Assembly (NCBI GenBank): GCA_039586365.1
Contig: JBDHKN010000001.1
Location: 169,892 to 233,891, forward strand
Direction: 5' to 3'
DNA length: 64,000 nt
Source: Gemmatimonadota bacterium
GTDB taxonomy: Bacteria; Gemmatimonadota; Gemmatimonadetes; Gemmatimonadales; GWC2-71-9
In this document: positions 9,198 through 20,308 of the stretch, one piece after another
Position numbering within the stretch: position 1 is the stretch's first letter
Layout: each line of letters starts with the position of its first letter
The notes under the pieces: generated by a model
Seen by the model: the letters and a program-made list of their open reading frames with translations, nothing else
What the model was told of the DNA's origin: nothing
Database searches by the model: none
Position numbers and translations under genes: made by a program

Positions 9198-9932
9198 CTA
9201 CCGTATTGCCGGACCGATGGTGTCGTGGTGGTACTGGATGAGAGTCCTCATGTAGCTGCCGATCCGGTCAGCACCTTCGAAGCCGGCAGCAATCGCTGCG
9301 GCCTGCGCCCGCTCTGGGGCTATATCGGCGCTCGCGGCCCAATGTTGTAGATCGCGGTAGACACCGAGAGTGAATGCGTCCCAGGACGACCCGGCGGCTC
9401 GAGTGAAGATCAGGTTCTGGGGTCGACCCACCCGCGCCAAGTAGTCGTTTTCCATCTCTCGTTGCCGAAACAGATCAGCGTGCTTTCCTGGGAGCGCCAA
9501 GAATATCTCGAGGTGGTAGTACTCGCCACCGTTCATGGTGGTGGAAACCACATCGAGTGACGGACCGAGTACGAAAAGGTCCTCTTGCCAGGAAGCGTGC
9601 TGTCTGAGCTGGCTCTCAAACTCGGCTGCGCTCACACCTGACTGTGCTGCCGCCTGCTCGCGACGAGACGTTCGATCGGGCGCGTAGTAATCCTGGAAGG
9701 TCCCCATAGGATATAGCAGCATCAGGTCCCACTGGTCTCCCTGACTGTGCCGCATTATGAAAGGAGGCGTCTGTCCGGCCGCCTCATGCAGCGTCCGCCG
9801 ATCGTTGACGATGTCGATCAGTTCGAGGAGGCTGCCCGGTGCAGCCCGCACGAAGTGAGCTCTGTAGAGAAAAGAGGTGTCCGCCTGCACCTGAGTTGCA
9901 GCCAAAGATGCGACGATTAGTATGAAATTCAT
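9198..9932 (-). CDS. Secreted hypothetical protein with two NIPSNAP/dimeric alpha+beta-barrel-like repeats
   Basis: SD GGGAGG before ATG 9932; signal peptide; internal duplication (RAAPG...GDQWD / LALPG...GSSWD). Confidence 0.65.
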   Translation of the reverse strand: MNFILIVASLAATQVQADTSFLYRAHFVRAAPGSLLELIDIVNDRRTLHEAAGQTPPFIMRHSQGDQWDLMLLYPMGTFQDYYAPDRTSRREQAAAQSGVSAAEFESQLRQHASWQEDLFVLGPSLDVVSTTMNGGEYYHLEIFLALPGKHADLFRQREMENDYLARVGRPQNLIFTRAAGSSWDAFTLGVYRDLQHWAASADIAPERAQAAAIAAGFEGADRIGSYMRTLIQYHHDTIGPAIR

Positions 9933-10090
9933 CAGGCCTCCCATTCGGTGCCGGTTGATAATGGGTATGCGACTGCGTGAAAGTTGCTCGCCGGGGTTGC
10001 GGCCGCAACTTTCAGGCTGATCGCTGCTCCGACGGTGTAGGTTGTTGTCTCAGCTGCCGGCCAATTGGAGCGAGACGAGACGGTCCCGAC

Positions 10091-10819
10091 ATGAAGACTA
10101 CCCCCGATTCCTGGAAGCCATTCGCTGCCGCGATGCGGCGGTATTTCGCTGGTGATACCAGTGCCAAGATCGTGGTCCATAACGACTTTGGTGAGCGTGA
10201 TGAATACTCGATGGCGTACTTCTACAGGGAGCCAGCGGAGTTTCCGCCGTTGGAGCAAACGGCGCTCGAGTTGTGTCGGGGTCGCGTACTGGATGTTGGG
10301 GCAGGAGCTGGCTGCCACAGCCTCGCGCTCGAACAGCGGGGTATTGCGGTGACAGCGCTCGAGATCTCACCTGAATTGGTCGCCATAATGCAGGCCCGCG
10401 GAGTGTCCAAGGTGTATTGCTGTGACATCAACGATTTCGAGGCAGATCATCAGTTCGACACTATATTGATGCTCATGAACGGACTGGAGTTGGCCGGCAC
10501 GCTGGTAGGGTTGGAACAGTTCCTGAGCTCAATCCATAGACTTGTGAAGGCAGACGGTCAGATCCTTGCTGACTCGACCGATCTCCGCGCAGCATATGGC
10601 AGTGGGCCCGGTAGAATGTTTCGTGGAGACGGGCGCTACGTAGGCGAAGTAGTAATGCAACTGGAGTTTGATGGTGAGAGGGGTGCACCGTTCCCTCGTC
10701 TCTACGTCGATTCCGACGCATTGGCGGAGTATGCCGAGCACCACGGGTGGGATTGCGTCGTCGTCTCTCACAACGACTGTGGTGGCTATCTTGCTCGGCT
10801 GACTCCGCGGTGTGACTAG
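10091..10819 (+). CDS. Class I SAM-dependent methyltransferase
   Basis: Motif I VLDVGAGAG; FDTILMLMNG; start uncertain. Confidence 0.85.
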   Translation: MKTTPDSWKPFAAAMRRYFAGDTSAKIVVHNDFGERDEYSMAYFYREPAEFPPLEQTALELCRGRVLDVGAGAGCHSLALEQRGIAVTALEISPELVAIMQARGVSKVYCCDINDFEADHQFDTILMLMNGLELAGTLVGLEQFLSSIHRLVKADGQILADSTDLRAAYGSGPGRMFRGDGRYVGEVVMQLEFDGERGAPFPRLYVDSDALAEYAEHHGWDCVVVSHNDCGGYLARLTPRCD

Positions 10820-10902
10820 GGACGCTGGCTAGGATCTTCGAGCAAACGTTCGAACGTGAAATGGCGGACGCTCCCCCCGTCGTGATGTCGCTGCCACAGC
10901 TC

Positions 10903-10955
10903 CGTGATGGTTTTCACAGATCATCTTGCCCACCCGCCAGTTCGATATGTATCAT
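10903..10955 (+). promoter_or_regulatory. Putative sdh promoter with an upstream CRP/FNR-family-like box
   Basis: CGTGA-N6-TCACA at 10903-10918; TTGCCC (10926)-18 nt-TATCAT (10950). Confidence 0.35.
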
Positions 10956-10989
10956 CCATTGCCTTTAAGCTCCCTCCAATGGAGACACG

Positions 10990-11676
10990 ATGCGTCGAGT
11001 AACGAATCTCTATCGCTCGTCAGTCGGCAAGAAAGTGTTCATGGCCGTGACGGGCGCTCTGTTTGTTGTCTTCGTGCTCGGGCACATGTACGGCAACCTC
11101 AAGGCGTTCTATGGGCCCGAGACGTTCAATCACTACGCAGAATTCCTGAGGGAGATGGGCTCGCCGCTGCTGATGCACGGGCAACTCCTCTGGGTTCTGC
11201 GATTCGGATTGTTGTTGGCGTTAGCGTTGCACGTTGTGCCGGCGTTACAGCTGTGGTGGACTGGGTACTATGCGCGGCCGGTGAAGTACCAGCGCGGCCT
11301 CACGGCCGAAGAATCGACCGTCGCTTCGCGCACCATGCGGTGGGGCGGTCTGCTCTTGCTCGCCTTTGTGATTCTCCACCTGCTCCACCTTACGGTTGGA
11401 ACGATCCATCCGGACTTCGTGCCGGGTGACGCCTACAACAATCTCGTAGTCGGCTTCCAGTGGTGGCCAGTTCCCGCCGCGTACATCGTCGTGATGGCCG
11501 GGCTGTGTTTCCACCTGTACCACGGGGTGTGGAGTGCAATGCAGACCCTAGGTATCAATCATCCACGGTTCAACCGCTACCGCCGGCCGATCGCGCTGAT
11601 GGTCGCTGGCGTGGTCTTCGTTGGTTTCGTAACGACTCCGGTAGCGGTCCTTACCGGAATCCTGACACTCGCATAG
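10990..11676 (+). CDS. sdhC: Succinate dehydrogenase cytochrome b subunit (single-subunit, di-heme-type anchor)
   Basis: [34 protein letters not shown]; precedes sdhA. Confidence 0.92.
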   Translation: MRRVTNLYRSSVGKKVFMAVTGALFVVFVLGHMYGNLKAFYGPETFNHYAEFLREMGSPLLMHGQLLWVLRFGLLLALALHVVPALQLWWTGYYARPVKYQRGLTAEESTVASRTMRWGGLLLLAFVILHLLHLTVGTIHPDFVPGDAYNNLVVGFQWWPVPAAYIVVMAGLCFHLYHGVWSAMQTLGINHPRFNRYRRPIALMVAGVVFVGFVTTPVAVLTGILTLA

Positions 11677-11695
11677 ACCACGCAGGGAATGTCAA

Positions 11696-13609
11696 ATGCA
11701 ACTTGATTCGAAGATCCCCTCCGGTCCGATCCAGGATAAGTGGGACAAGCATCGCTTCGAACTGAAGCTGGTGAACGCTGCCAACAAGCGGAAATACGAC
11801 GTGATCGTGGTCGGGTCGGGACTTGCCGGCGGCTCGGCGGCGGCCTCGCTCGCCGAGTTGGGCTACAACGTCAAGTGTTTCTGTTATCAGGATAGCGCGC
11901 GGAGGGCCCATAGCATAGCAGCACAGGGCGGTATCAACGCCGCAAAGAACTATCCCAACGACGGTGACAGTATCTGGCGTCTGTTCTACGACACGGTAAA
12001 GGGCGGCGATTATCGGGCGCGCGAGGCAAACGTCTACCGCCTGGCCCAGGTGAGCAACAACATCATCGACCAATGCGTCGCTCAAGGAGTTCCGTTTGCC
12101 CGTGAGTACGGAGGCTTGTTGGACAACCGGTCGTTCGGTGGCGCTCAGGTGTCCCGCACTTTCTACGCGCGCGGTCAGACCGGACAGCAATTGTTGATCG
12201 GTGCCTACCACGCGCTGGCGCGGCAAGTCGGCATCGGTCAGGTCAAGATGTTTCCGCGCAGCGAGATGCTGGACTTGGTGGTGGCAGACGGGCGGGCACA
12301 GGGAATAGTGGTGCGCGACATGGTGACGGGTATGGTCTCCTCACACGCGGCCCACGCCGTGGTGCTTGCCACCGGTGGTTACAGCAACGCGTTCTTCTTG
12401 TCCACCAACGCGAAGGGCTGCAACGTGACCGCAGCGTACCGGGCCCACAAGCGCGGCGCCCTGTTCGCGAATCCCTGCTTCACTCAGATCCATCCCACCT
12501 GTATTCCGGCCAGTGGCGACTACCAGTCGAAGCTCACCCTGATGAGTGAATCGCTCCGAAATGACGGGCGCATCTGGGTTCCGAAAAAGGAGGGCGACGA
12601 CCGGGCACCCGGACAGATTCCGGAAGGAGAGCGCGACTACTACTTGGAGCGCCTCTATCCCAGCTTCGGGAACCTCACGCCACGGGACATCGCGTCTCGC
12701 CGCGCAAAGGAGATGGTGGACATCGGCCACGGCGTTGGTGAAATGAACAACGGCGTCTATCTCGACTTCAGCCACGCCATCCAGCGGCTCGGCAAGAGGG
12801 TAATCACCGAGCGGTACGGCAACTTGTTCGAGATGTACGAGCGCATCACTGGCGACGATCCGTATGAGGTTCCGATGCGGATCTATCCGGCTCCGCACTA
12901 TACGATGGGTGGACTCTGGGTCGACTACAACCTCGAGAGCACTGTACCGGGCCTGTTCGTGATCGGTGAGGCGAACTTCTCCGATCATGGTGCCAACCGT
13001 CTAGGCGCAAGCGCCCTAATGCAAGGTCTGGCCGACGGCTATTTCGTGCTTCCCTACACGATCGGTGACTACCTGGCACGTCTGGGACCCGTCAAGGTGA
13101 GCTCGGACACGTCGGCTTTCAGTGCCGTTGCGGGTGAAGTGCAAGACCGCGCCAAGAAGCTGCTTGGCATAAACGGCAAGCGTACGGTCGATTCCTTCCA
13201 TCGCGAGTTAGGCAAGCTCCTCTGGGAGAAGTGTGGCATGGGGCGTAACAAGGCCGGACTCGAGAAGGCACTGGAGACGATCCCGATGCTCAGAGACGAG
13301 TTTTGGCAGGATGTCCGCGTCACAGGAGTGAACGAGGAGCTGAATCAGACGCTGGAGAGAGCCGGCCGCGTAGCAGATTTTCTGGAGTTCGGTGAGCTCA
13401 TGTGCCACGACGCACTCTATCGCGCGGAGTCGTGTGGTGGACACTTCCGTGAGGAGTACCAGACGGAAGAGGGTGAAGCTCAGCGCAACGACGACGAGTT
13501 TGCACACGTTGCTGCTTGGGAGTTCACCGGTGTTGGATCGACGCCGGCGCTGCACAAGGAGCCGCTCACATTCGAGAACGTTCCCTTGTCGCAGAGGAGC
13601 TACAAATAA
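11696..13609 (+). CDS. sdhA: Succinate dehydrogenase/fumarate reductase flavoprotein subunit
   Basis: [18 protein letters not shown] (FAD-binding His), QIHPT, HYTMGG, HGANRLG. Confidence 0.97.
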   Translation: MQLDSKIPSGPIQDKWDKHRFELKLVNAANKRKYDVIVVGSGLAGGSAAASLAELGYNVKCFCYQDSARRAHSIAAQGGINAAKNYPNDGDSIWRLFYDTVKGGDYRAREANVYRLAQVSNNIIDQCVAQGVPFAREYGGLLDNRSFGGAQVSRTFYARGQTGQQLLIGAYHALARQVGIGQVKMFPRSEMLDLVVADGRAQGIVVRDMVTGMVSSHAAHAVVLATGGYSNAFFLSTNAKGCNVTAAYRAHKRGALFANPCFTQIHPTCIPASGDYQSKLTLMSESLRNDGRIWVPKKEGDDRAPGQIPEGERDYYLERLYPSFGNLTPRDIASRRAKEMVDIGHGVGEMNNGVYLDFSHAIQRLGKRVITERYGNLFEMYERITGDDPYEVPMRIYPAPHYTMGGLWVDYNLESTVPGLFVIGEANFSDHGANRLGASALMQGLADGYFVLPYTIGDYLARLGPVKVSSDTSAFSAVAGEVQDRAKKLLGINGKRTVDSFHRELGKLLWEKCGMGRNKAGLEKALETIPMLRDEFWQDVRVTGVNEELNQTLERAGRVADFLEFGELMCHDALYRAESCGGHFREEYQTEEGEAQRNDDEFAHVAAWEFTGVGSTPALHKEPLTFENVPLSQRSYK

Positions 13610-14355
13610 TGAAGATCATCCTGCACGTTTGGCGTCAGAAGAACGCCTCCGCCAAGGGCGGTTTCGTTCGTTATGTAGCCGACGACGTGAACGAGCACAT
13701 GTCGTTCCTCGAGATGCTCGATACGTTGAATGAGAAACTGACGGAGCGGGGCGAGGATCCGATTGCCTTTGAGCATGACTGCCGTGAGGGAATCTGCGGC
13801 TGCTGTGGCGTCGTGATAAACGGGATCGCGCACGGGCCGCAACACGGGGCAGCAACCTGTCAGCTCCACATGCGCACTTTCGAAGACGGCAATGAGTTGT
13901 GGATCGAGCCGTGGCGCGCGAGGCCGTTTCCGGTGCTCAAGGACCTGATGGTTGACCGCAGCCCTTTGGACCGGATCGTAGAGGCCGGTGGTTTCATCTC
14001 AATTCGCACCGGTGCAGCTCAGGACGCCAATGCGATTCCGATCGAGAAGGAAAAGGCGGACCTGGCAATGGACGCGGCGGCATGCATCGGCTGCGGCGCC
14101 TGTGTGGCGGCGTGCCCCAACGCATCGGCGATGCTGTTCACGGCCGCCAAGGTCTCCCATTTGGGGCTGCTGCCACAGGGGCAGCCCGAGCGCATCGAGC
14201 GGGTGCTCAGAATGATCGCCACGATGGACGAACTGGGGTTCGGCGGATGCACTAACCATGGCGAGTGTGAATCTGCTTGTCCGAAGCAGATCAGTATCGA
14301 CTTCATTGCCCGCTTGAACCGGGACCTGATGAAGGCGTCGGTGGTCGCGAGGTAG
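13609..14355 (+). CDS. sdhB: Succinate dehydrogenase iron-sulfur subunit
   Basis: TAATG overlap with sdh[34 protein letters not shown]. Confidence 0.96.
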   Translation: MKIILHVWRQKNASAKGGFVRYVADDVNEHMSFLEMLDTLNEKLTERGEDPIAFEHDCREGICGCCGVVINGIAHGPQHGAATCQLHMRTFEDGNELWIEPWRARPFPVLKDLMVDRSPLDRIVEAGGFISIRTGAAQDANAIPIEKEKADLAMDAAACIGCGACVAACPNASAMLFTAAKVSHLGLLPQGQPERIERVLRMIATMDELGFGGCTNHGECESACPKQISIDFIARLNRDLMKASVVAR

Positions 14356-14380
14356 ACCACGCAGTTGGAGTGGTAATGAA

Positions 14381-14506
14381 GGAGCGGGGAGCCGGGAGCT
14401 GGGAGAGGTCAGGGCGGTACAAGCGTCCTTCGCCAACATGGTGGACCGCGGCGTTCGAGCCGTGTCTGGCCCGACCCCGCGGGGCCGGCTCTCTGCTCCC
14501 CGCTCT
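14381..14506. repeat. Long imperfect inverted repeat built from ~7-nt units enclosing nested stems
   Basis: Arms 14381-14402 and 14485-14506 match at 18/22 positions as reverse complements. Confidence 0.65.
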
Positions 14507-14560
14507 TTGCTCCCTCGTCCCGCCAATTAAGCGTTTCCCACCTTCCCCGTATCTAATTCC

Positions 14561-15142
14561 ATGCCAGAGGATCTGAGGCGTGGAGTGGAGCGCACCCTGA
14601 CGAACGAGTTCGAGCTAACGCCAGCTGAAGCCGACATGATCGATGTCGAATTTGCGGTAAACGGGGACACAGTGGCCTTCGAGCGTCTCTATAGGCGCCA
14701 CGTGCCTCGCATACACAGTGTGGCGCGTTGGCTCATGGGTCGCGAGGACGTGGATGACGCGTTGCAGGAGGTTTTCATCCGGGCTTGGGAGAAGCTCAGC
14801 TCCTTCCGTGGGGATGCGGCTTTCAGCACCTGGCTGCATCGGCTAGCCACGAACGTGATCCTGAGAGAGCGGGAGAGGTACCGCAGGGACGAGAATCGGC
14901 ACTCCGGCTTGCTGGTGGAGGTGGAGAATGCACGCTCGGCTCCGGTGACACCGGATCTGACAACCGATATCGAGACCGCAGTGGATCGGCTCCCAGAACG
15001 CGCACGGCAGGTTTTTGTGCTCCACGACATGGAGGGATACAGGCACGAGGAGATAGGCAAAGTGCTGGGCGTCTCGGTGGGTACTTCCCGATCGCAACTG
15101 CATCACGCCCGCATGGCGCTGCGCAGCTTCTTCGAGGCCTAG
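14561..15142 (+). CDS. ECF RNA polymerase sigma factor
   Basis: AFERLYRRH, DALQEVFIRAW, FSTWLHRLA, region 4 (VGTSRSQLHHAR); start uncertain (ATG 14561 or CTG 14597). Confidence 0.92.
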   Translation: MPEDLRRGVERTLTNEFELTPAEADMIDVEFAVNGDTVAFERLYRRHVPRIHSVARWLMGREDVDDALQEVFIRAWEKLSSFRGDAAFSTWLHRLATNVILRERERYRRDENRHSGLLVEVENARSAPVTPDLTTDIETAVDRLPERARQVFVLHDMEGYRHEEIGKVLGVSVGTSRSQLHHARMALRSFFEA

Positions 15143-15154
15143 AGGAGACAAGCA

Positions 15155-15838
15155 ATGTCGGATCAGTGGACCAGCAGGCTTTCTGCCTATCTCGATGACG
15201 AGCTGACACAGATTGAGCGTACGGAGCTCGAGGGGCATGTGGAGATCTGTGATGAATGCCAGGCTGCTATCGCGCAGCTCAGGCGCGTCGTTTACTGGGC
15301 CCAGGACTATCCAGGTAGAAGCACTGACCGTGACGTCTGGCACCGGATTGCCGCCAATATCAGGGGGACTCATCCTGGTGTGGTGAACCTGCCAAGTCGT
15401 TCTCGTAAGCTTCAAGGCATGCGGTACCGCCTACCGCAGATCCTGGCAGCCGGGATTGTGCTGGCTTTGGTCGGCACCGGTAGCTGGTGGCTGGCCCGAG
15501 CGACTGCTCCCCAGGATCGCATGGCGGCGGTGATGGATGCTCCGACGCCGGAAGCGAGTTCCACGATTGTGCTGACTATCCACGCGGCTCAGAAATACAG
15601 GCCGGCAATCGCGGAGCTAGAAAGGGTGCTGCTCGAAGAACCGGGAAGACTGGATAGCACGACGGTCCGCGTCCTGCGCGAAAAGCTGGCAATCATTGAC
15701 CGGGCATTACACGAAGCTCAGGAGGCGTTGGCGAGGGATCCGTACAGCGACTATCTCGCCGATCACTACACTGGAATGATGAAGCAGAAGCTCACGGTAC
15801 TGCGATCCGCCGCACGTGAAGCTGCAGTGCGTAGCTAG
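15155..15838 (+). CDS. Membrane anti-sigma factor (zf-HC2 domain)
   Basis: LSAYLDDEL, HVEICDEC zinc motif, one TM helix; SD GAGGAG. Confidence 0.88.
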   Translation: MSDQWTSRLSAYLDDELTQIERTELEGHVEICDECQAAIAQLRRVVYWAQDYPGRSTDRDVWHRIAANIRGTHPGVVNLPSRSRKLQGMRYRLPQILAAGIVLALVGTGSWWLARATAPQDRMAAVMDAPTPEASSTIVLTIHAAQKYRPAIAELERVLLEEPGRLDSTTVRVLREKLAIIDRALHEAQEALARDPYSDYLADHYTGMMKQKLTVLRSAAREAAVRS

Positions 15839-15892
15839 CCGGTCGGCATGAGAAGCTGTGGGTGACGTGAGTCGGCTTGGATTGCCGGCTCG

Positions 15893-16765
15893 ATGACTGG
15901 AAGGAGACAGACGATGCTAGTGGGAATTGCACTTGGGGTGATCGCATTGGCGACGCCCGTACTGCAGGCGGACACGACCTTTGCGGTCGATCCTGGGTTG
16001 CGTCTCGAAGTGAGAAACCGTAGCGGCGACATCACCATTCGGACTTGGGACCGCAACGAGGTGAGGGTGGAAACGGATCGTTCGCGGCGAAGCCCGATCG
16101 TGATCGAGCGCACATCCAGTGCTGTGCGCATTGGCACGACAGCTTGGCCGCGGGACGACGACGATATTGACTTGTGGCTCACCGTACCGGCTTCGATGCC
16201 ACTCGAGTTGAGTGGCTCGGAATCCGACGTGACGGTGGATGGATCCAGAGGTGAAATCAATGTGGATCTGAGTGAAGGTGACGTGTCCATCCGGGGAGGT
16301 TCGGGGCGGGTCTCGGTTCGGACCAACGACGGTGCCGTAACCGTGGAAGATGCAGAAGGCATGGTTCGGCTGTTCTCGATGGACGGGGACATAATCGTCG
16401 AGCATGCGTCGGGTGATATCGAGGTTGAGACCACCGACGGTACAATTGAGCTACGAGATGTTCTGGCCACAACGGTCCGAGCTACCACGGTCGACGGCGA
16501 TATTTGGTTTGATGGTGAGCTCGCTCTGCGGGGCGAGTATTCTCTGGAGACACACGACGGGGACATAACGGTCTATGTATCCGAAGACTCCGACGCTCGG
16601 GTGAGAGTAGCTGTATACGACGGCGACTTCTCGTCGGATTTCTCCATCACGTTTCCCTCGTGGCCTCGAGGTAGGCGGGCGGAGTTCACGTTGGGTGGCG
16701 GAAGCGCCGACTTGCAGATCGAGACGTTCGACGGAGATATTCAGTTGCTGAGGAGACGGAGGTGA
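15893..16765 (+). CDS. DUF4097-family beta-strand repeat secreted protein
   Basis: Signal peptide; repeated (T/S)xDGD(I/V) units; follows the sigma/anti-sigma pair. Confidence 0.82.
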   Translation: MTGRRQTMLVGIALGVIALATPVLQADTTFAVDPGLRLEVRNRSGDITIRTWDRNEVRVETDRSRRSPIVIERTSSAVRIGTTAWPRDDDDIDLWLTVPASMPLELSGSESDVTVDGSRGEINVDLSEGDVSIRGGSGRVSVRTNDGAVTVEDAEGMVRLFSMDGDIIVEHASGDIEVETTDGTIELRDVLATTVRATTVDGDIWFDGELALRGEYSLETHDGDITVYVSEDSDARVRVAVYDGDFSSDFSITFPSWPRGRRAEFTLGGGSADLQIETFDGDIQLLRRRR

Positions 16766-16904
16766 CGTAGGCCTGAGCACGAACTGGGGGCGACGCGCCC
16801 GGGGTCACGTGGTCGTGACCAGCCCTGCGTTACATTTGTAGCGCGGGGCTTCTTACTTGCCCCAATGCTCCTACTGCCATAAGCCACTTGCAGGCAGACG
16901 AATC

Positions 16905-18389
16905 ATGAGTTCACCACTCCAGACCGAGACGCATCCATCCGTAGGCGATATGCCACCAGAGGAGTTTCGTAGGTATGGTCATCGGCTGGTGGACTGGATT
17001 GCGGATTTCTTTGACGGAATCGATGAGATCCCAGTTACAGCAGCTATTCAACCCGGAGATCTGGTAGCGCAGCTACCGAATGAGGCGCCGGCAGCCGGTG
17101 AGAGTATGGCAACCATTCTAGCTGACATTGACCGCCTCATCATGCCCTCCATGACTCATTGGAATCATCCGTCGTTCTTCGGCTATTTCAACTCGAGCGG
17201 ATCGAGCCCTGGCGTGCTGGCTGAAATGCTGAGCGCGGCATTCAACGTGAACTGCATGCTCTGGCAGTCATGCCCCGCGGGCACCGAGTTGGAGCAGGTA
17301 ACGTTGGACTGGTTGCGAGACTTGTTGGGCTTGCCGAGTGACCTATGGGGAATCATCTACGACACAGCTTCGAGTGCCAGCATGCACGCTGTTGCCGCTG
17401 CTAGGGAACAGATCGCGGGTCTGCGCGTTCGAGAGGAGGGACTGGCTGGTCGGGCCGATGTGCCACGGCTACGCATCTATACGTCCGAGCAGGTCCACTC
17501 ATCGGTCGAGAAAGCAGCAGTCACGCTAGGGATTGGAATGGCCGGTGTTCGAAAGATTCCCGTGGACGATGCGTTTCGCATGCGTGTGGATCTGCTGGAA
17601 GCGGCCATTGCCGAAGACCGTCGTGATGGCTGGTTGCCGTTTTGTGCAGTCGGCACGGTGGGCACTACCTCCACTACTGCGATCGACCCGATCCCATCTC
17701 TGGCTGCTGTCTGCCGTCGGGAAGACATGTGGCTGCATGTCGATGCAGCACATGGAGGGATCGCCGGCCTAGTGCCGGAGAAGCGCGCGGTGCTGGACGG
17801 GTGTGATGGTGCTGACTCGATCGTAGTGAACCCGCACAAGTGGATGTTCGTGCCGTTAGACCTGAGCGCGTTCTACACGCGGAAGCCGGCGGTTCTGAAA
17901 CGGGCATTCAGCCTCGTCCCCGAGTACCTGCGGACTGACCACGACCAGAAGGTGGAGAACTACATGGACTATGGGGTCGCCCTGGGCCGAAGATTTCGAG
18001 CGCTCAAACTCTGGTTCGTGTTGCGGTACTTCGGTGCCGACGGATTGGCCACGCGGTTGCGGGAACATTTTCGTTTGGCGAGCCAGTTCCAGGACTGGGT
18101 GAATGCCGACTCGTGCTTCGAACTGATGGCGCCTGTGCCGCTAACCACAGTATGCTTCCGAGCACATCCGCTTGAGGTTACTGACGAGTGCGAACTGAAC
18201 GAACTCAATGACCGGCTGATGAAAGCGGTAAATGCTACGAGGAAGGCCTTTCTGACTCATACTAAGCTGGGTGACCGGTTCGTCCTGAGGCTAGTTGTCT
18301 CGCACTTGCGGACGAGACCACATCACGTGGAACAGGTATGGGGCTTGTTGCGCGAGAAGCTCGCCGAAATACGCAACACTGCGAGCTGA
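16905..18389 (+). CDS. Group II PLP-dependent aromatic L-amino acid decarboxylase (DOPA-decarboxylase-like)
   Basis: THWNHPSFFGYF, HSSVEKA, HVDAAHGG, NPHKW (PLP lysine), PEYL loop Tyr, LGRRFRALKLWFV. Confidence 0.9.
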   Translation: MSSPLQTETHPSVGDMPPEEFRRYGHRLVDWIADFFDGIDEIPVTAAIQPGDLVAQLPNEAPAAGESMATILADIDRLIMPSMTHWNHPSFFGYFNSSGSSPGVLAEMLSAAFNVNCMLWQSCPAGTELEQVTLDWLRDLLGLPSDLWGIIYDTASSASMHAVAAAREQIAGLRVREEGLAGRADVPRLRIYTSEQVHSSVEKAAVTLGIGMAGVRKIPVDDAFRMRVDLLEAAIAEDRRDGWLPFCAVGTVGTTSTTAIDPIPSLAAVCRREDMWLHVDAAHGGIAGLVPEKRAVLDGCDGADSIVVNPHKWMFVPLDLSAFYTRKPAVLKRAFSLVPEYLRTDHDQKVENYMDYGVALGRRFRALKLWFVLRYFGADGLATRLREHFRLASQFQDWVNADSCFELMAPVPLTTVCFRAHPLEVTDECELNELNDRLMKAVNATRKAFLTHTKLGDRFVLRLVVSHLRTRPHHVEQVWGLLREKLAEIRNTAS

Positions 18390-18398
18390 GGCCAATCA

Positions 18399-19007
18399 GT
18401 GGATACGGCTGAAGTCCGCCAAAAATACGACGCGTTTGCCCCCTCGTATGATGTGACTGTGGGGGCACTTGACGCCCTTGGTATGCGACGACTGCGACGA
18501 GCGATGCTGCGACAGGCACGCGGCAAGGTGCTGGAGGTAGGTTTCGGGACCGGCAAGAACCTAACGTCTTATCCGCCGGGCTGTGAGATAACGGGAGCGG
18601 ATCTGAGCAGGGAGATGCTCAGGCGGGCGCGGCACGGGATGTCGCAGCGCCAATTAGCCTGGCGCTGCGCCCAGGTGGATACGCACTATCTCGCCTTTGC
18701 CGACAACACCTTCGACAAAGTGGTCGAGGCGCTCTGTCTTTGTACTTACATGGAGCCGGTGGCCGCTCTCGCAGAGATGGCAAGGGTCTGCCGCGCGGAC
18801 GGCCGGATCCTGCTACTGGAACATGGTCGGAGTCGGCATGGATGGCTGGGGCGACTGCAGGATCGGCTGGCAGGTTCTCACGCAAAGGCGGTCGGCTGCA
18901 TATGGAACCGGGAACCTCACGAATGCTGTGAGGCAGCCGGCTTGCGAGTTGCGGCGGCCCGCAGGACATTCTTCGGCGTGTTCCACGTACTGGAAGCGAT
19001 CCCCTAG
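18399..19007 (+). CDS. Class I SAM-dependent methyltransferase
   Basis: VLEVGFGTG, FADNTFD, ALAEMARV, LLEHGRS; 9 nt after the decarboxylase stop. Confidence 0.88.
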   Translation: MDTAEVRQKYDAFAPSYDVTVGALDALGMRRLRRAMLRQARGKVLEVGFGTGKNLTSYPPGCEITGADLSREMLRRARHGMSQRQLAWRCAQVDTHYLAFADNTFDKVVEALCLCTYMEPVAALAEMARVCRADGRILLLEHGRSRHGWLGRLQDRLAGSHAKAVGCIWNREPHECCEAAGLRVAAARRTFFGVFHVLEAIP

Positions 19008-19036
19008 GTAGCTAGGTGGCTGGTCAGGGAGCAGAG

Positions 19037-20308
19037 ATGCGGAAGACTGCCTGTGCATCCAGGTCACGCTTTCGGACCAGCCTTGGTCCCGGTCTCCTGT
19101 GGGCAGCTGCTGCCGTAGGTGTTTCCCACTTGGTGCAGTCGACGCGCGCGGGAGCTGTTGCCGGATTCGGACTGAGTGGAGTGATACTGTTGGCGCTGAT
19201 ACTCAAATACCCGTTTTTCGAGTATGGTCCTCGCTACGCTGCAGCCACTGGCTGGAGTCTGGTAGAAGGTTACCTGCGGATTGGTAGGTGGGCACTGTGG
19301 CTCTACCTCGCGGTAACAATACTGACTTCAGTGGTCATTCAAGCCGCAGTCGTACTCTTCACTGCCTTCCTGGTGAAGTTCGTCTTGGGACTGGATTGGT
19401 CTTTACCTATTACCGCAGCTGTTCTCATCACACTGTGCGCAGCCTTGCTCTGGATCGGTCGCTACCGGGCTCTTGACGTTACTGTCAAGGTGATACTAGC
19501 TGTGCTGGCCGTTTCTACCCTGGTCGCTGCCTTCGTGACGCTGCCGCGGGCGGATCTCTCGACGTTCGCTTTGTGGCCGGGCGAAGTCGGTACGGCGGTG
19601 CCGTTCGCTTTCATTCTGGCGCTAATGGGCTGGATGCCCTCCGCCTTCGATATCTCAGTCTGGAATTCGCTGTGGACCCTGGCGAAAGACGAGAGTGAAG
19701 GCACGAGATCCTCAGTACGCCACGCCCGACTGGATTTCTTGGTTGGGTATGTTGGAACGGGTGTTCTCGCATTCGCCTTTGCGACGCTGGGCGCCGGTGT
19801 GATGTTTGGGTCTGGTGCTTCGTTCAGCCCGCAAGGGACGGTTTTCTCGACGCAGTTGGTGGACCTCTATAGCCAGACACTGGGCGCGTGGACCCGGCCG
19901 ATCGTCTTGGTAGCAGTAACCACGACGATGGTGTCGACCACGCTTACAGTCGTCGACGGGTTCCCGCGGGCGATAGAGCGATCGCTTTACTATGTCCGAA
20001 CGAGCAAGCCTCCCCAGGCAGCGGTGCCTTCCGCTGGGAACCTCTACTGGGGTTCTCTCACGGCACTCGGGGTCCTCACAGTAGTCGTACTGATCTTCTT
20101 CGTTGGCAATCTGACCACGATGGTCGATTTCGCCACTATCGTTTCCTTCCTGACGGCGCCGATACTCGGTTATCTCAACCTCAGAGCCGTGACATCTCCG
20201 GATGTAGCCCCGGAACACCGACCCTCCAAGCCAATGCAAGTGTTGTCGCGGGTTGGTCTGGCATTGTTGGGAGGGATTGGAGCGGTGTACCTGGTGTCTC
20301 TGTTCTGA
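19037..20308 (+). CDS. NRAMP-like/APC-superfamily permease
   Basis: GPGLLWAAAAVGVSHLVQSTRAGA, KYPFFE, MGWMP; ~11 hydrophobic segments. Confidence 0.8.
   Translation: MRKTACASRSRFRTSLGPGLLWAAAAVGVSHLVQSTRAGAVAGFGLSGVILLALILKYPFFEYGPRYAAATGWSLVEGYLRIGRWALWLYLAVTILTSVVIQAAVVLFTAFLVKFVLGLDWSLPITAAVLITLCAALLWIGRYRALDVTVKVILAVLAVSTLVAAFVTLPRADLSTFALWPGEVGTAVPFAFILALMGWMPSAFDISVWNSLWTLAKDESEGTRSSVRHARLDFLVGYVGTGVLAFAFATLGAGVMFGSGASFSPQGTVFSTQLVDLYSQTLGAWTRPIVLVAVTTTMVSTTLTVVDGFPRAIERSLYYVRTSKPPQAAVPSAGNLYWGSLTALGVLTVVVLIFFVGNLTTMVDFATIVSFLTAPILGYLNLRAVTSPDVAPEHRPSKPMQVLSRVGLALLGGIGAVYLVSLF

Noticed and set aside
14407..14477. tRNA-like segment containing GTTCGAG
   Set aside because: No proper D-arm, anticodon arm or 5-bp T-stem; better explained as part of the nested hairpin
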